DNA from: Piedraia hortae CBS 480.64
Lineage: Eukaryota
Length of the DNA stretch: 20,000 nucleotides
NCBI GenBank assembly: GCA_010093745.1
Contig: MU005978.1
Location: 240,315-260,314 of the forward strand
Direction: 5' to 3'
Each line of letters opens with the position of its first letter. The first letter of the stretch is position 1. Below the pieces are notes generated by a model. The model was given only the letters and a program-made list of their open reading frames with translations. It ran no database searches and was not told the origin of the DNA. Below, in pieces: positions 17,838-20,000 of this stretch. The position numbers and the translations under genes are program-made.

Positions 17838-18572
17838 TCAGACAGACGCCATAGCCTCTATCTCCTCCAAACTCTTCACTCGAACCTCCTTGATTCGTAG
17901 AATCGTATGCTTGTGCTTACTCTTTACCACCTTCACTTTCCTCTGCCGCCGTTTCGTCTTCTGCAGGAACCGCATTGGCTCGCTGTCAATGCCCATGACC
18001 ACCGCCCGACACACGTACAGTCTCTCGTCCAGGTAGCCAGTCCGTCCAACGGCAATGTGAGGGATAAAGTGAGGTGCCATAGCCCTTCCGGTGGCAGCAT
18101 CAGCAAGAACAATCTGAGCATCTTTTGTGGGAGTATCGTCAGTGATGGCAGTGGTGCTTGCAGTACGACTCTTGAGTTTCGGTGGTGGTGCAGCTGCCTT
18201 AAGGGTCAAGTCCCTACTACCAATAAGGCTCGCTCTGTTCAGCCGGATTACGTCGCCAGGCTCCACGCCCTTCATCACAAAGGGAAGTCGGAGAGTGTCA
18301 CCTTGGGTGAGTAGGTAGGAGCGTTCGTGGAAGTGCGCTGTGATGAAATGCGGTCCCTGGGCATGTAGTTCAGGCAGTAGCTGTCTAACAGAGTCTGATA
18401 TTTGTAATGGGGATTGGACCCGAGTCTGGTCTGGGTTTGACTGCAATGGAGGAGCGCTGGAGGTCACAGCTGAAGGCGCAACAGTGCTGTAGCAAACCAC
18501 CCATGGCAGCAGAAATGACGGCGGTAAAGGTCTTTCCAGCAGTGTTTTCTGGAGCGACCTGAATAACAACAT
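17838..18572 (-). CDS. MRPL49: Mitochondrial ribosomal protein bL21m (yeast MrpL49), ~244 aa from ATG 18572
   Basis: L21p motifs H.HERSYLLTQGD.LRLPF, GDVIRLNRA..IGSRD.TL, KTKRRQRK....KSKHKHTILRIKE. The first in-frame ATG (18572) opens a presequence-like MLLFRSLQKTLLER; the ORF-track start at 18647 is a TTG. Confidence 0.92.
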   Translation of the reverse strand: MLLFRSLQKTLLERPLPPSFLLPWVVCYSTVAPSAVTSSAPPLQSNPDQTRVQSPLQISDSVRQLLPELHAQGPHFITAHFHERSYLLTQGDTLRLPFVMKGVEPGDVIRLNRASLIGSRDLTLKAAAPPPKLKSRTASTTAITDDTPTKDAQIVLADAATGRAMAPHFIPHIAVGRTGYLDERLYVCRAVVMGIDSEPMRFLQKTKRRQRKVKVVKSKHKHTILRIKEVRVKSLEEIEAMASV

Positions 18573-18697
18573 TGTTGTCGCTGGTGCCGTGCGCTGCGGT
18601 TGCAGAGCTACGGGGACGAGAGCGGGAGCGGGAGTAGCCGCCGCCAAGATTTCGGTGGACGTCGTCTTCCAACGTTAATTTCGCTCAACTCACCGCG
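18573..18697. promoter_or_regulatory. 125 bp divergent (bidirectional) promoter region between bL21m and NSA2
   Basis: Head-to-head ATGs at 18572 (-) and 18698 (+). Confidence 0.7.
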
Positions 18698-19483
18698 ATG
18701 CCTCAACATGAGTATATTGAGCGATTTCGAAAACAACATGGAAGGCGCCTCGACCATGATGAGCGCGTACGCAAGCGGGCGGCGCGGGAGGCCCACGGCG
18801 CATCCGCCAAAGCCCAGAACTTGCGCGGCCTACGTGCAAAGATGCACCAGCAGAAGCGGCACAAGGAGAAGATTCAGATGAAGAAGCGCATCAGAGCACA
18901 GGAAGAAAAGAATGTGCATTCGACAGAAGATGCTGGCCCAGGTCAGACGCCCCTACCCAGCTACCTACTTGATCGCAGCAACACATCCAATGCAAAGAAG
19001 CTGTCGAGCGCGATCAAGAACAAACGGAGTGAAAAGGCGGCTAGGTTCAGTGTTCCGCTACCCAAAGTGCGCGGTATCAGCGAGGAGGAGATGTTCAAGG
19101 TGGTCAAGACGGGCAAGAAGACGGCAAAGAAGAGCTGGAAACGAATGATTACCAAGCCGACCTTTGTCGGGCCTGACTTTACTCGGAGACCAGTCAAGTA
19201 TGAACGATTCATTCGGCCCATGGGTTTACGCTACAGGAAGGCAAATGTGACGCATCCTGAACTGGGCGTTACAGTCCAGCTGCCCATTATTAGTGTCAAG
19301 AAGAACCCACAGAGCCCCATGTACACGCAGCTGGGCGTGCTGACCAAGGGGACAATTATAGAAGTGAACGTCAGCGAATTGGGGCTGGTGACGGCGGGGG
19401 GTAAGGTGGTCTGGGGCCGGTGGGCACAGATAACGAACAACTGCGAGAACGACGGCTGCGTTAATGCGGTGTTGTTGGTGTAG
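18698..19483 (+). CDS. NSA2: 60S ribosome biogenesis protein Nsa2 (S8e family), 261 aa, intronless
   Basis: MPQ.EYIE...[79 protein letters not shown], and C-terminal [11 protein letters not shown]. Confidence 0.98.
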   Translation: MPQHEYIERFRKQHGRRLDHDERVRKRAAREAHGASAKAQNLRGLRAKMHQQKRHKEKIQMKKRIRAQEEKNVHSTEDAGPGQTPLPSYLLDRSNTSNAKKLSSAIKNKRSEKAARFSVPLPKVRGISEEEMFKVVKTGKKTAKKSWKRMITKPTFVGPDFTRRPVKYERFIRPMGLRYRKANVTHPELGVTVQLPIISVKKNPQSPMYTQLGVLTKGTIIEVNVSELGLVTAGGKVVWGRWAQITNNCENDGCVNAVLLV

Positions 19484-19511
19484 ATCCTAATGGAAATGAT
19501 ATTACTTGATT

Positions 19512-19735
19512 TCAAATTTTCCGATGGCTTGTCGCCGAGCATGAACGAACTAGAGATTGGTTGGGTGTTCGGGGTCCCGAAGAGCGAACCAACACAAGCT
19601 CGGTTCGGTGGCTACGGAACCCTTCGAACAGCCCAAGCAGCCGAACGAACATAAACGAGTCCGCCCGGATCCGACCGAACAAAACTCCCTGTTCGATGCT
19701 CATTCGGTTCGCTCGGAAATTTGACCCAAACGAAC
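19512..19735. mobile_element. Putative degenerate MITE or DNA-transposon end with dispersed CGAAC/GTTCG motifs and imperfect inverted ends
   Basis: 11 copies of CGAAC/GTTCG in 19546-19735; inverted pair TCAAATTTTCCGA (19512-19524) and TCGGAAATTTGA (19713-19724). No target-site duplication identified. Confidence 0.5.
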
Positions 19736-20000
19736 ACAGCCTGGCGACAATCGTGGCGCTGACATATGGCCCCCTGTCGAGATCCCACAGCTCGGGATTA
19801 GCGAGGGACCGTCGTTGTCATCTTCAGCCAGCCGAGCGGTGGAAATGATCCAACCATGGGGCTTGTAGGTCACGCTAACCGATATTGTAGAATGTGCGAC
19901 GGATAAGCCGTTAGATCAGATAGCCAACGCTATATTGCTTACACATCCAATGTGAGACTGTTGTGAATATGCGGTATATTACGCGCATTATTAGTAACCG

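Noticed and set aside
18573..18647. N-terminal extension of bL21m from the ORF track
   Set aside because: It begins at TTG; ATG 18572 gives a plausible mitochondrial presequence.
19512..19848. CRISPR array or protein-coding ORFs in the CGAAC-rich region
   Set aside because: Motifs are 5-6 nt, irregularly spaced and in both orientations, in a eukaryotic context without cas genes; the ORFs look like by-products of the repeats.

Overview
Eukaryotic DNA from a filamentous ascomycete (Pezizomycotina; a compact Dothideomycete-like genome is inferred), gene-dense with very short intergenic gaps and short (44-49 nt) spliceosomal introns. In order: 3' end of TFIIF beta (TFG2), eIF3d, an uncharacterised protein, a SET/MYND methyltransferase, an FSY1/FRT1-type sugar porter (2 introns), an Svl3/Pam1-like ketopantoate-reductase-fold protein (3-4 introns), a ~0.9 kb gene-free and possibly RIP-decayed stretch, a HotDog-fold thioesterase, a ~1.3 kb unexplained region, an orphan Ser/Pro/Thr-rich protein with two pairs of internal repeats, an MFS transporter, mitochondrial bL21 divergent from NSA2, and a ~220 bp CGAAC-rich MITE-like element. 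This is mostly core housekeeping genome and I cannot demonstrate a new biological system. The best leads are the MITE-like element, the orphan repeat protein, a U6-complementary 14-mer in a gene-free region, C-tract introns with recurrent 3'-end C-to-G skew flips, and several compact regulatory motif clusters. All family assignments are from recalled motifs; no database searches were run.
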